The position numbers were made by a program, and so were the translations under genes. Shown here piece by piece: positions 1-15,314 of a stretch of DNA of 64,000 nt. This DNA comes from Eledone cirrhosa (lineage: Eukaryota), in the NCBI GenBank assembly GCA_964016885.1, contig OZ024750.1, positions 28,768,001 to 28,832,000 on the forward strand, read 5' to 3'. Positions within the stretch are counted from its first letter, which is position 1. Each line of letters starts with the position of its first letter. Under the pieces are notes generated by a model. That model saw nothing but the letters and a program-made list of their open reading frames with translations. It did not search any database and was not told the DNA's origin.

Positions 1-242
1 GAAACATCTTTGGCAATTGTCGTATATAATACCCCTGAGTCGTTCCAAGACTTGTGAGTGAAACATCTTTGGCAATTGTCGTATATAATACCCCCGAGTC
101 GTTCCAAGACTTGTGAGTGAAACATCTTTGGCAATTGTCGTATATAATACCCCCGAGTCGTTCCAAGACTTGTGAGTGAAACATCTTTGGCAATTGTCGT
201 ATATAATACCCCCGAGTCGTTCCAAGACTTGTGAGTGAAACA
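1..242. repeat. 59-bp minisatellite, ~4 copies, truncated by the window start
   Basis: Unit gaaacatctttggcaattgtcgtatataatacccc(t/c)gagtcgttccaagacttgtgagt recurs at 1, 60, 119 and 178. Confidence 0.95.
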
Positions 243-245
243 GGT

Positions 246-445
246 AATCCAGATAGACAGTACCTGTAATTTAAAGACGCAGTATTACCACAGTATTTGT
301 CGCATAGACTCACTCTGAGAATTACGTTAAACGTGCATGTAGCTGTGGAATGCTCGGCCACTTACACGTTAATTTCTTAAGCAGGCTGTTCCGTTAATCG
401 AACAACTGCAATATTCAGCGTCAAAATTAATGGAACTTCACCATC
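246..445 (+). mobile_element. Decayed 3' part of an abundant cephalopod SINE
   Basis: Segment ctgagaattacgttaa...gccacttacacgttaatttc...gcaggctgttccgtt resembles an octopus SINE tail from memory; not database-checked. Confidence 0.55.
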
Positions 446-639
446 ACGCAGCCGACGGGGGTCCTGACTCTTTTCATATTACCCACTCTACTACCCTAAG
501 TATTGAGTCCTCTGGTGGGTTATGGTCCTCCTGGTAGCTTACCACACCTTATTTGTTTTATATATATATATATATATATATAATATAATAATTCAAGAAG
601 AAAGAGTAACATGGTTGGCTGTACAGTAAGGGATTTATT

Positions 640-756
640 CACAGTGCTGACAATTGTTTCGTTGATCTGGTAGGTCTAGAGCTCGCTAATCGCTTGATGT
701 TGCGTCAATCGATCTCCAATACTTTGTCACAACCAGTCAATTCATCAGAGCGTGTG
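640..756 (-). ncRNA. Minimal type I hammerhead-like motif in a Penelope-like island
   Basis: Minus strand reads cacacgct CTGATGA attgactgg...ccagatcaac GAAA C AATT G TC agcactgtg. The stem III loop AATT is palindromic; the stem II closing pair is an A-C mismatch. Confidence 0.65.
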
Positions 757-881
757 GATGTGAGAATAATACGCAAGGGATGGCTTTTATAGAAGAGTGG
801 TGTTAGACCAGAACAATGAAAGTACTCTAACTGGACTACCTCTAAGTGGATTGCCTATAACGATAACTTGTTATCCCGTAT

Positions 882-2817
<1,936 letters not shown>

Positions 2818-2820
<3 letters not shown>

Positions 2821-3118
2821 ATAAAAGGAATTCCAACTTTGTCTGATTTACTCGTTTTATTTACAATCCTTTAAAATTTATAATGGTATTATAATGAAAT
2901 AGTATGATAGAATATTAAATGTTAAGTGTTAATTGAACAAGTACTTTCATGCTTTCGCAATCTTCAGGTTCATAATATGTGGTGACAGTCAAGTTTGCAA
3001 TTTTCAACTGTTGAATTTTCACAGTTGAAAATTGCAAACTATCATACTATTTCATTATAATACCATTATAAATTTTAAAGGATTGTAAATAAAACGAGTT
3101 GGAATTCCTTTTATTAAT
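2818..3118. mobile_element. Fold-back Penelope-like island carrying a hammerhead
   Basis: 3021-3118 is the reverse complement of 2818-2910 joined to 2994-3011, with two internal deletions; flanked by (TA)n. Confidence 0.7.
2934..2972 (-). ncRNA. Minimal type I hammerhead-like motif
   Basis: Minus strand reads tgaac CTGAAGA ttgc-gaaa-gcat GAAA G TA C TT gttca. Stem I is 5 bp, stem II has a GNRA loop, and stem III lies in palindrome AAGTACTT. Confidence 0.65.
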
Positions 3119-3182
3119 ATAATCTTCTATACACAATCATACACACCCGTGTATATTTATCTATATATATATATATATATAT

Positions 3183-3249
<67 letters not shown>

Positions 3250-3268
3250 TATATATACACATATATAT

Positions 3269-3301
<33 letters not shown>

Positions 3302-4096
3302 CACTCATACACGTGTATATGTGTATACACATAGATATGTATGTTGATGTGTCTCTGTATGCATCTCTCTCTTTGTGTGTGTGTATATTTATATATATAT
3401 ATATAAATACGAATATATATATTCACATACATATGTGTCTGTGAGTGTGTATATACTTCATTTTTCAATGTGTGTGTGTGTAGACGTGGTCGCGCGCGTG
3501 TGTGTGTGTATGTCTGTGTTTATGAGAGGGAGAGAGTGTGTCCGGGTGGGTGTATGTATATGTGTGTATGTATATGTGTGTATGTATATGTGTGTATATG
3601 TATATGTGTATAGGTATATGTGTATAGGTATATGTGTATGTGTGTCTGTATATGTATATGTATATGTATATGTGTATAGGTATATGTGAATAGGTACATG
3701 TGTGTGTTGGTTTGAAAGCATGCGTAAGACAGCAGTGAGCGAGCATAATGTGTGGTGGGGGGGATGGTGGCGGTGGTGGTGGTGTAATTTAGCGCTGATC
3801 AAGACCAGATGCTGGTTTTCTCAAGGAGTCGTCCGTATGTGGAGTGTGGATCTCATGTTTTAAGTCGAGAAGAGAGAGTGCGGTTGTATTGTAATGTAAT
3901 GGCTGTTTGTATTGTATCAGTCGTCTTATGCTAACTGGTAGAGCGAAGAGAAGGCCTAAATCTGAAGAATTCTTAACTCAAAGTAGTCACGTATGCTCTC
4001 ATAAATCTTTATGCCAATACAGCATTTTGTAGAAGGATATATTTCTACTACGAGCCGCAGAACACACGTACACACACGCACGCGTGTAAGTGAGAA

Positions 4097-4146
<50 letters not shown>

Positions 4147-4196
4147 CTAGTAAAACTATGTACCATTGACTCCTGCGTTTGTTTATTTCTTTTGAA

Positions 4197-4242
<46 letters not shown>

Positions 4243-4388
4243 GGTAAACAGAAATAACACCACAATCGGTATATATATATAGGTAGAGAGAGAAAGGAGG
4301 GAGATGGATAGATAAAAAGCGACAGTGAACCCTAAAGAGAGAGTGAGAGAGTGTGAGAGAGAGTGTGAGAGAGAGAGAGAGAGAGAGA

Positions 4389-4456
<68 letters not shown>

Positions 4457-5134
4457 CTGGAGGGATGGGGTTATAATATGTGTATAAATGATAAATCCTA
4501 TTAACTAAACTATACATGCACATATATAGAAATAGAAATATATAATGTATATAATGACTCAAGTAGATGGACAAGTGTAAAAAAAAACTAGGTGTAGTAA
4601 GACGCCTCACGCTCCTTGATAGAACAACGCCGGTTGAGAACGCCAGAAAGAAAAGACAGACAGCCACTGGAAAGCCGACTGATCACACGCCAGAAACCAG
4701 CCTATGTACAACACCATTGTTTGTGCTACATCAAAAAATAAACGTATATTTCATCTCTAATTTCTGCTGTTGAAATAATTATTATGTCACTCGTATCTCG
4801 ATAACATCTACAACTAATACTGCTAAATAGGTATATGTATTTGTATGTTTGTTTGGGGATAAAACTTCGATTTGATAGACTAATAGCGGGAAAAATGTCC
4901 GCTATATCTCTATATATATAAAATTCTTTGTCTCTCTGTCTGTTCCTATGCATCATTAAACGGCTGGACCAAAACTTTTTATTACAAGGTAATAAATAGT
5001 ATTAGACCCCGGGAATGTCAACATGTAATTTTTATTTTCATTTTGGATTAAAACAATATAACATTTTATTTAAAATAACCTTTCTTAAAAAAATAACCCT
5101 CTGTCAAAAATGAAGTGTCTAGGGTACTAATTTG

Positions 5135-5214
5135 TCACCCACTGATGAGCAAGAATTAGTATTTCTATTCACAATTAATTAGTATTGCGAAACAGCACCA
5201 AGCTGTCTGGGTGA
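5135..5214 (+). ncRNA. Canonical type I hammerhead ribozyme
   Basis: tcaccca CTGATGA gcaa [32-nt loop] ttgc GAAA cagc accaa gctg TC tgggtga. Stem I 7 bp, stem II 4 bp, stem III 4 bp, GUC triplet; predicted cut after 5207. Confidence 0.88.
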
Positions 5215-5462
5215 TTGGTAGTTACCACAATTCCGGTTTGTATATATTTTCTTGATTTTTTCTTAAATTGAGACAGGCAAACCCTATTATCGATAGTTAG
5301 TAGTCTTTTCACCTTAGCCAATCTGGTCCCTTGCGATTTGAGCACATATATGTATATATCTGTGTTCGTTTTTCTTTTATATTCAATTATGATATTATAA
5401 GACTATATATATATATACATTTCATAGAGTATATATACTTTGTATGTACACTGTATATATAC

Positions 5463-7553
5463 TGTATGTACACTATACACACCCTGTATGTTCACTATAT
5501 ATATACAGTGTATGTGATATTGTCCAAAGGTTAGGCTGATACAGCTTGGCACCAGAGACATAGCAGCTACTATGTACTCTATATATACATTATACACACC
5601 CTGTATGTTCACTATATATACAATGTATGTGATATTGTCCAAAGGTTAGGCTGATACAGCTTGGTACCAGAGACATAGCAGCTACTATGTACTCTATATA
5701 TACATTATACACACCCTGTATGTACACTATATATACAATGTATGTGATATTGTCCAAAGGTTAGGCTGATACAGCTTGGCACCAGAGACATAGCAGCTAC
5801 TATGTACTCTATATATACATTATACACACCCTGTATGTTCACTATATATACAATGTATGTGATATTGTCCAAAGGTTAGGCTGATACAGCTTGGTACCAG
5901 AGACATAGCAGCTACTATGTACTCTATATATACACTATACACACCCTGTATGTTCACTATATATACAATGTATGTGATATTGTCCAAAGGTTAGGCTGAT
6001 ACAGCTTGGTACCAGAGACATAGCAGCTACTATGTACTCTATATATACATTATACACACCCTGTATGTACAGTATATATACAATGTATGTGATATTGTCC
6101 AAAGGTTAGGCTGATACAGCTTGGCACCAGAGACATAGCAGCTACTATGTACTCTATATATACATTATATACACCCTGTATGTTCACTATATATACAATG
6201 TATGTGATATTGTCCAAAGGTTAGGCTGATACAGCTTGGTACCAGAGACATAGCAGCTACTATGTACTCTATATATACATTATACACACCCTGTATGTAC
6301 AGTATATATACAATGTATGTGATATTGTCCAAAGGTTAGGCTGATACAGTTTGGCACCAGAGACATAGCAGCTACTATGTACTCTATATATACATTATAT
6401 ACACCCTGTATGTTCACTATATATACAATGTATGTGATATTGTCCAAAGGTTAGGCTGATACAGCTTGGTACCAGAGACATAGCAGCTACTATGTACTCT
6501 ATATATACATTATACACACCCTGTATGTTCACTATATATACAATGTATGTGATATTGTCCAAAGGTTAGGCTGATATAGCTTGGTACCAGAGACATAGCA
6601 GCTACTATGTACTCTATATATACATTATACACACCCTGTATGTTCACTATATATACAATGTATGTGATATTGTCCAAAGGTTAGGCTGATACAGCTTGGT
6701 ACCAGAGACATAGCAGCTACTATGTACTCTATATATACATTATACACACCCTGTATGTACAGTATATATACAATGTATGTGATATTGTCCAAAGGTTAGG
6801 CTGATACAGCTTGGTACCAGAGACATAGCAGCTACTATGTACTCTATATATACATTATACACACCCTGTATGTACAGTATATATACAATGTATGTGATAT
6901 TGTCCAAAGGTTAGGCTGATACAGCTTGGTACCAGAGACATAGCAGCTACTATGTACTCTATATATACATTATACACACCCTGTATGTACAGTATATATA
7001 CAATGTATGTGATATTGTCCAAAGGTTAGGCTGATACAGCTTGGCACCAGAGACATAGCAGCTACTATGTACTCTATATATACATTATATACACCCTGTA
7101 TGTTCACTATATATACAATGTATGTGATATTGTCCAAAGGTTAGGCTGATACAGCTTGGTACCAGAGACATAGCAGCTACTATGTACTCTATATATACAT
7201 TATATACACCCTGTATGTTCACTATATATACAATGTATGTGATATTGTCCAAAGGTTAGGCTGATACAGCTTGGTACCAGAGACATAGCAGCTACTATGT
7301 ACTCTATATATACATTATACACACCCTGTATGTACAGTATATATACAATGTATGTGATATTGTCCAAAGGTTAGGCTGATACAGCTTGGCACCAGAGACA
7401 TAGCAGCTACTATGTACTCTATATATACACTATACACACCCTGTATGTTCACTATATATACAATGTATGTGATATTGTCCAAAGGTTAGGCTGATATAGC
7501 TTGGTACCAGAGACATAGCAGCTACTATGTACTCTATATATACATTATACACA
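5463..7553. repeat. 115-bp minisatellite, ~18 copies
   Basis: aaaggttagg recurs at 5641, 5756 and 5871, period 115; copies differ at only a few sites. Confidence 0.97.
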
Positions 7554-7556
7554 CTG

Positions 7557-7878
7557 AATCAATGGCGAATTGTTGTTCTGTTCCGTGCGGCGGCAAACTC
7601 TGAGGTGGCTGTAGAGGCTAATCCTTGACCTGCAGGCTCTGGTACAGTTGGGGCAATTGTATAATTGGTCAGTTGGTGATTGGGTGGCGGACAACCTTCG
7701 TCTTTGATGTTTCTCTTCAGCCGCTGCCTTTCTGCTCTCTTCAAAGCTGGCTGCAGCTGTTTTGATTGTTGATCTCCATTTCTTTCTGTCCTCTTCCAGG
7801 TGTTTCCATTCCCTGTGGTCAATATTGCCTTGGAGCAGCTGGCGCTTGAGTTGGTCCTGGAGGCATTTTCGGGGGACC
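7557..7878 (-). mobile_element. RTE (BovB-like) LINE, 3' end of the ORF
   Basis: PRKCLQDQLKRQL...WKHLEEDRKKWRSTIKTAAASFEE...YNCPNCTRACRSRISLYSHLRVC matches the RTE C-terminal W..LA.DR..WR motif and CxxC...SH zinc-binding motif. Confidence 0.85.
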
Positions 7879-8328
7879 CATACACTATATATGATGTTGT
7901 CCAAAGGAAAGGCAAAGGCCGATACAGCTTGGCACCAGTGATGTGACAACATATATGTAGTGACTGAGGACCTATACCATAAGGCTCAGCTCAGATGTAT
8001 TCCAATCCTTCTTACAAGGATTAACAAAGCAAGTCACGGGTATGACATTTAACCATTGTAATACACACACACACAAGCACACGAATAAAGAAAAACTATC
8101 TTTATATACAGTTGAGAAGACTTATCGTTGTTATTATCATATATATTATTTCCTGTCTGCATCTCATCATTTTGCTTCCTGCTTTCCTTACATATTTTTG
8201 TGTTCCTTCACTTATTAAATTATTAAATTAGTAATTGGCATACAGTGTTATCTACTAGAGTAAATAACCTTATGACCAGTTCAAATATATATACATTATA
8301 AATACATTTTAATATACACCATATATAT

Positions 8329-8530
8329 ACACTATATGTGATGTTGTCCAAAGGAAAGGCAAAGGCCGTTACAGCTTGGCAAGCAATGACGTGGTAACTC
8401 ATTTTTACAGCTGAGTGGACTGGAGCAGCGTGAAATAAAGTGTCTTGCTTAAGGACACAACGGAACAACCAGTCCAGTAATCGAACTCACAACATTACGA
8501 TTGTGAATCTGACGCTGTAACCAGTAAGCC
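8329..8530 (-). mobile_element. tRNA-derived SINE with CORE-like domain
   Basis: Minus strand has B-box-like gtgagttcgatt followed by tgtgtccttaagcaagacacttt...cagctgtaaaaatgag. Confidence 0.75.
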
Positions 8531-8694
8531 ACTGGTAGTAGGTAACTGTATATATTTTAGTTGTTTCAGTTCAGTCCAGATGGCGGCAAGTTTAGCAAAG
8601 TTGAAATAAAACAGATAAGGGAGGTGAAGAAGATGAAAGAATTTGTAAAATTCAAAAGAACAATCTCCTGGAGATGTGGAAACAGGAGTATAAT

Positions 8695-9223
8695 ACACAT
8701 ACATGTATACAGATACAAACACACACATATACAGATACACAGACACACACACACACACACATATATATACAGATACAAACACACACATATACAGATACAC
8801 AGACACACACACACACACATATATACATAGAGGCACAGATACACACACACAGATATACATAAAGATACAGACATACACACACATACATAGACACATACAC
8901 ATATAGAGAGATACAAACACACACATATACAGATACACATACACACATATATACATAGAGGCACAGATACACACACACAGATATACATAAAGATACAGAC
9001 ATACACACACATACATAGACACATACACATAGAGAGATACAAACACACACATATACAGATACACAGACACACACACATATATATATACAGAGATACAAAC
9101 ACACACATATACAGATACACAGACACACACACACACACACATATATACATAGAGGCACAGATACACACATACATATACATAGATACAAACGCCGACACAT
9201 ATATACATAGAGATACAGACACG

Positions 9224-9257
<34 letters not shown>

Positions 9258-9342
9258 TAGATATAGATACAGACACACACACACATATATACATACAGAT
9301 ACAGACACACACACACACACATATACATACATACATATACAG

Positions 9343-9387
<45 letters not shown>

Positions 9388-9545
9388 CATAGAGATACAC
9401 ACATATATACACATACACACATACATACACCTACAGATACGCACACACAAATACACACACATACATATAGATACGCACACACACACACGCATATACACAC
9501 ATACATATTCACACATATACACACACATACCTATACACACCAAAC
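8695..9545. repeat. Compound (CA)n/AGATAC microsatellite with internal duplications
   Basis: Direct reading. Confidence 0.93.
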
Positions 9546-9576
9546 ATATACGCATAAGGCACAGATGCTCCTAAGT

Positions 9577-11215
9577 ACCCACATATACCCTACCAAACAC
9601 CCACATATACCCCACCAAACACCCACATATACCCCACTAGACACCCACATATACCCCACCAAACACCCACATATACCCCACCAGACACCCACATATACCC
9701 CACCAAATACCCACATATACCTCACCAAACACCCACATATACCCCACCAAACACCCACATATACCCCACCAGACACCCACATATACCCCACCAAATACCC
9801 ACATATACCTCACCAAACACCCACATATACCCCACCAAACACCCACATATACCCCACCAGACACCCACATATACCCCCAGCAGACACCCACATATACCCC
9901 ACCAAATACCCACATATATCCCACCAAACACCCACATATACCCCACCAACCACCCACATATACCCACAGCAGACACCCACATATACCCCACCAAATACGC
10001 ACATATACCCTACCAAACACCCACATATACCCCACCAAACACCCACATATACCCCACCAAACACCCACATATACCCCCACCAGACACCCACATATACCCC
10101 ACCAAATACCCACATGTACCCCACCAAACACCCACATATATCCCACCAGACACCCACATATACCCCACCAAACACCCACATATACCCCACCAAATACCCA
10201 CATATACCCTACCAAACACCCACATATACCCCACCAAATACCCACATATACCCTACCAAACACCCACATATACCCCACCAGACACCCACATATACCCCAT
10301 CAAATACCCACATATACCCCACCAAACACCCACATATATCCCACCAGACACCCACATATACCCCACCAAACACCCACATATACCCCACCAAATACCCACA
10401 TATACCCTACCAAACACCCACATATACCCCCACCAGACACCCACATATACCCCACCAAATACCCACACATAGCCCACCAAACACCCACAAATACTCCCAC
10501 CAGACACCCACATATACCCCACCAAATACCCACATATACCCCACCAAATACCCACATATACCCCACCAAATACCCACATATACCCCACCAAACACCCACA
10601 TATATCGCACCAAACACCCACATATACCCCCACCAGACACCCACATATACCCCACCAGACACCCACATATACCCCACCAAATACCCACATATACCCCACC
10701 AAACACCCACATATATCCCACCAAACACCCACATATACCCCACCAGACACCCACATATACCCCACCAAATACCCACATATACCCCACCAAACACCCTATA
10801 TCCCACCAAACACCCTATATCCCACCAAACACCCACATATATCCCACCAAACACCCTATATCCCACCAAACACCCACATATATCCCACCAAACACCCTAT
10901 ATCCCACCAAACACCCTATATCCCACCAAACACCCACATATATCCCACCAAACACCCACATATATCCCACCAAACACCCTATACCCCACCAAACACCCAC
11001 ATATATCCCACCAAACACCCACATATATCCCACCAAACACCCACATATATCCCACCAAACACCCACATATATCCCACCAAACACCCACATATATCCCACC
11101 AAACACCCACATATACCCCCACCAGACACCCACATATACCCCCACCAGACACCCACATATACCCCCACCAGACACCCACATATAGCCCACCAGGCACCCA
11201 CATATACCCCACATA
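9577..11215. repeat. 22-bp C/A-rich minisatellite, ~75 copies
   Basis: Unit ccccaccaaacacccacatata, e.g. at 9601 and 9623; source of the 582-aa pseudo-ORF. Confidence 0.96.
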
Positions 11216-11310
11216 CAAATCACGAGGGAAATAACAAGAGTGAAAGCCCCAACAATAAAAAAAAAACAAAAAAACCTTGTTTTAGAATTCTAAGACTTCA
11301 GAGATTCCAA

Positions 11311-12148
11311 TGACCCTGAAAGCAATGTTTCTGCCAGAGGGGACAGGAATGGTAACATCTGTTGACCCTGAAAGCAATGTTTCTGCCAGAGGGGACAGGA
11401 ATGGTAACATCTGCTGACCCTGAAAGCAATGTTTCTGCCAGAGGGGACAGGAATGGTAACATCTGTTGACCCTGAAAGCAATGTTTCTGCCAGAGGGGAC
11501 AGGAATGGTAACATCTGCTGACCCTGAAAGCAATGTTTCTGCCAGAGGGGACATGAATGGTAACATCTGCTGACCCCGAAAGCAATGTTTCTGCCAGAGG
11601 GGACAGGAATGGTAACATCTGCTGACCCCTGAAAGCAATGTTTCTGCCAGAGGGGACATGAATGGTAACATCTGCTGACCCCGAAAGCAATGTTTCTGCC
11701 AGAGGGGACAGGAATGGTAACATCTGCTGACCCCGAAAGCAATGTTTCTGCCAGAGGGGGCAGGAATGGTAACTCTGCTGACCCTGAAAGCAATGTTTCT
11801 GCCAGAGGGGGCAGGAGTGGTAACATCTGCTGACCCTGAAAGCAATGTTTCTGCCAGAGGGGGCAGGAATGGTAACATCTGCTGACCCTGAAAGCAATGT
11901 TTCTGCCAGAGGGGGCAGGAGTGGTAACATCTGCTGACCCTGAAAGCAATGTTTCTGCCAGAGGGGGCAGGAATGGTAACATCTGCTGACCCTGAAAGCA
12001 ATATTTCTGCCAGAGGGGACAGGAATGGTAACATCTGCTGACCCTGAAAGCAATGTTTCTGCCAGAAGGGGGCAGGAATGGTAACATCTGGTGACCCTGA
12101 AAGCAATGTTTCTGCCAGAGGGGACAGGAGTGGTAACATCTGTTGACC
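11311..12148. repeat. 52-bp minisatellite, ~16 copies
   Basis: Unit tgaccctgaaagcaatgtttctgccagaggggacaggaatggtaacatctg(c/t) at 11311, 11363 and onward. Confidence 0.97.
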
Positions 12149-12181
12149 ATAAAACTAAACAGTAATGTTAATATTAAATCT

Positions 12182-12345
12182 GTGGCCGAGTCATTAGAAG
12201 AACTGCGACTAGAAGGTCCTGTGGTGTTTCTTCCAGTTCTTCTCTATCTACTCTGTGAGTTCAAATCCCAGCCTGGTCTACTTTGCTTTCATGTTTGAAG
12301 GTCAATAAATATGTTAGCTGTTCAATACTGGGGACGATTCTTCCT
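12182..12345 (+). mobile_element. Degenerate Nin/Deu-type SINE
   Basis: gtgagttcaaatccc...ctttgctttcatgtttgaaggtcaataaa resembles the better-preserved copy at 15509. Confidence 0.55.
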
Positions 12346-12448
12346 TCATGCACACACACACACACACATACTTACACACACGCACGCACGCACGGACGGG
12401 CGGAGTCGAATATATTGTTTGATTTAATATATATTAAGGTAAAGGCCC

Positions 12449-12625
12449 GTGGCTGGGTGGTTAGAGAAATGGATTCGTAATCATGAGGTTGTGAGTTCGA
12501 TTCCCGGACCGGGTGATGCGTTATGTCCTTGAGCAAGACACTTTATTCACGGAGCTCCTTCTACCTGGAGTTGCGACCGATTATTAGCAAATGAAAAGGC
12601 CAATGGAAACATTGTTTCCTCGGTC

Positions 12626-12628
<3 letters not shown>
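12449..12628 (+). mobile_element. tRNA-derived SINE with CORE-like domain
   Basis: A-box-like gtggctgggtggttag, B-box-like gagttcgattccc, then tgtccttgagcaagacacttt. Its 3' part matches 32540-32688 in reverse. Confidence 0.75.
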
Positions 12629-12670
<42 letters not shown>

Positions 12671-12715
12671 AAGTAAAATAAAAAGTCAAATGTTTAAAAT
12701 TTAGCTTCGTTTATT

Positions 12716-12770
12716 ACTGTTATATATATTTCGGTGACAGCCATCTTTGGCTGTGACCTCTTCAGCAATG
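12716..12770 (-). ncRNA. Minimal hammerhead-like motif
   Basis: Minus strand reads cattg CTGAAGA ggtcacagcca aaga tggctgtcacc GAAA T ATAT A TA acagt. Stem II is strong; stem I is offset by one base. Confidence 0.55.
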
Positions 12771-13139
12771 GATATATACATCGACTTTCGTCCAATCGGA
12801 CCGAGGAAACATCCGGATATATTTATGTATATATCCACTATTTAGCGTTAATAAAATGAATATTTAAAAATATTTTACATATATATATATCCGGATGTGG
12901 TTGGCGGCAAAGAGAGAGGAGTACTCAATACCAAAGAAGTGTTTAAATATTCATTTTATTAAGGCTAAATAGTGAGTCTTGTTAAACAAGCGAAACTCCT
13001 CAGCAACAAGTCTCACTATTTAGCGATTCTTTGCTTAAACTTTAATGTTATTTTAATAAATATACATAATCTGAGCAAACATCACGGGCGCTCTATCTCA
13101 AAATTATTTTTGAAAAGCATTAGAAATGCGCAACCGGTA

Positions 13140-13627
13140 AAAACTTAAAACTAAAACTGAATACTAACCAATACTTATTACTAATTTTTACTTATTCCTA
13201 ATTAAACTATTTTTCAATGGGAACAATTTGTCAGCATTTTCTTTTCCTTTTACCAATATATCACAACTCGTGTGTTACACCTCTATTCTTTTATATATAT
13301 ATATATATATATAGTTAAAAGAATAGAGGTGTAACACACAAGTTATTATATATTGGTAAACGGAATAGAAAATGCTGACAAATTGTTCACAGTTGAAAAA
13401 TGGTTTAATTAGGAATAAAAGAGTATTAGTGATTGTATGGGTTAGTATTCAGTTGTGGTTTTAAGTAAAAACTTAAAAACTTAAAACCACAACTGAATAC
13501 TAACCCATACAATCACTAATACTCTTTTATTCCTAATTAAACCATTTTTCAACTGTGAACAATTTGTCAGCATTTTCTATTCCGTTTACCAATATTTAAT
13601 AACTTGTGTGTTACACCTCTATTCTTT

Positions 13628-13632
<5 letters not shown>
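13140..13632. repeat. Triplicated ~155-bp unit (+,-,+) containing a near-perfect palindrome
   Basis: 13313-13467 and 13479-13632 are reverse complements; 13140-13291 is a more diverged direct copy. Confidence 0.9.
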
Positions 13633-13676
<44 letters not shown>

Positions 13677-14083
13677 CAAAGGAATTGTGGTAAGGAACCA
13701 GGTGGACCATAACGCACCAGAGTACTCAATACTTAGGGTAGTAGGAGTCCAGAAATAGCCGTCGAAACTTTTTCCTATATATATATAGTTTTTCCTATAT
13801 ATATATATATATATATATAGTCAGGCTCACTACAGCATTCTACATGTATATAGAAATCAGTTGTAAAAGGAGTAAGTAGGAATTAGAAGAAAACAAAACC
13901 ATGGCAAATTCAAAAATAAACTTTTCCGTTGAAATATTAGGCATCTCTTGTGCCATGTTGTTACACCATTTTCAGATCAAAGAGAACCGAATAAAATGCC
14001 ATGTTCTAAGAGAGAACATAATATATGTAATCTGATATGGAATCACTCTTTAGGAGGCCAGTACTGTATAGGGTTTATGTTCG

Positions 14084-14120
<37 letters not shown>

Positions 14121-14301
14121 CCACCTCGCTCTCTCTCCATCTCTCTATCTCCTTCTCTACACCTCTCTACCTCTCTCACTCTCTCTCTCTCTCTCTCTCT
14201 CACCACCACTCCCCCTCTCTCTACTCCTCTCTCTCACCACCTCTCTCTACCTCTCTCTCACCCCCTCTTTCTCCCTCTTTACTCCTCTCTCTCTCACCAC
14301 C

Positions 14302-14336
<35 letters not shown>

Positions 14337-14631
14337 TCTCTACTTTTCTCTCACGCTCATACACCTTGTCTCTTTATATGATATTCACTCCAGTTGGTAA
14401 TAGTATAACACATGCTACAGCGGGTTAATGAGGTAAGAAGACACCACCCCCACCTACCCCCTATAACATCACTCGACCTGCAAACATTAGCAACCAAACT
14501 TCCTTGAAACTAAACCCTACTGTTATTAAAATATAGTCCTAGATACACTGTCTGAAAATAAGATCGTTTAGTTATGTCTGAGGCGAAAACATTCTGTTAG
14601 ATGAATTAGTTCTAACTTGGGGGTTAAATAA

Positions 14632-14850
14632 CTCTTCCTAACATTGGCATAAGGCCAACAATTTAGGGGAAGGTGGGAATCGATCGCATCGACCCTGATA
14701 GTTAACTGGTACTATATTTTGTCGATCCCGGGTGGATGAAAAGCAAAGTTGACATTGGCCGTATTTAACTCAGGACGTAGAAATGTGTAACTAAATACAA
14801 ACTAAATTGAAAGTATTTTTCCGACACTCTACCGATGTTCTACCGATGAT
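14632..14850 (-). mobile_element. Nin/Deu-type SINE, diverged
   Basis: Reverse of ctttgcttttcatcc...gatcgacaaaatatagtaccag and tggccttatgcc. Confidence 0.7.
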
Positions 14851-15181
14851 GCTATTTCTACCACACCACCCTTTCCCAGGGTTAAATAACAATAACAACA
14901 ATAATAAATACTCAACATTCCTACCACAGATTCCATGATCAGTAATGATAACAGTCTCTTAAATGTGTGGTCTGTGAAACATTACAACGTCGACATTTTA
15001 ATCATATCTCATTGTATACATACTGCAGACAAATTACATTGTAACTATATTAAAGGAAATAAACTTCGTTTAGCGACACAACACTATGGTAAAGGACGTG
15101 CGTCTACATGTGAGAACAGAGATACCTAAATATGGAATGTTACGCGATGGGGTCTCCCTCCAAAGCCCCGGCGGACAGGGT

Positions 15182-15314
15182 GGGTGACGGCAAGGGAGAC
15201 GCACTGGAAAAGCCACTCCAACTCGCGGGGTTCACACCTGCGGCTGGCCAGCTCAGCGCCTATGGTGGTGAGTAGGGAGGTAGCCCTAGGGCCGAGGACA
15301 CCAGAAGTCTCCAC
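15182..15314 (-). mobile_element. CRE-clade non-LTR retrotransposon fragment (C-terminal restriction-like endonuclease region)
   Basis: VETSGVLGPRATSLLTTIGAELASRRCEPRELEWLFQCVSLAV matches the VET.G..GP....L..IG..L....E...LFQR.SLA pattern; GC-rich against an AT-rich background. Confidence 0.75.

Noticed and set aside
4332-4667. Signal-peptide-like MAVCLFFLAFSTGVVLS
   Set aside because: It starts at GTG with an in-frame stop just upstream and runs into (CT)n.
8561-8690. Possible exon (plus-strand FQFSPDGGKF... or a hydrophobic minus-strand frame after a pyrimidine-rich acceptor)
   Set aside because: No recognisable domain and no matching donor or partner exon.
9565-11313. 582-aa extensin-like Pro/His/Thr ORF
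   Set aside because: The 22-bp unit is not a multiple of three, so the peptide cycles through frames; it stays open only because the unit lacks stop codons.
11282-12150. Three overlapping ~250-286 aa minus-strand ORFs
   Set aside because: The 52-bp repeat is open in all frames; artefact.
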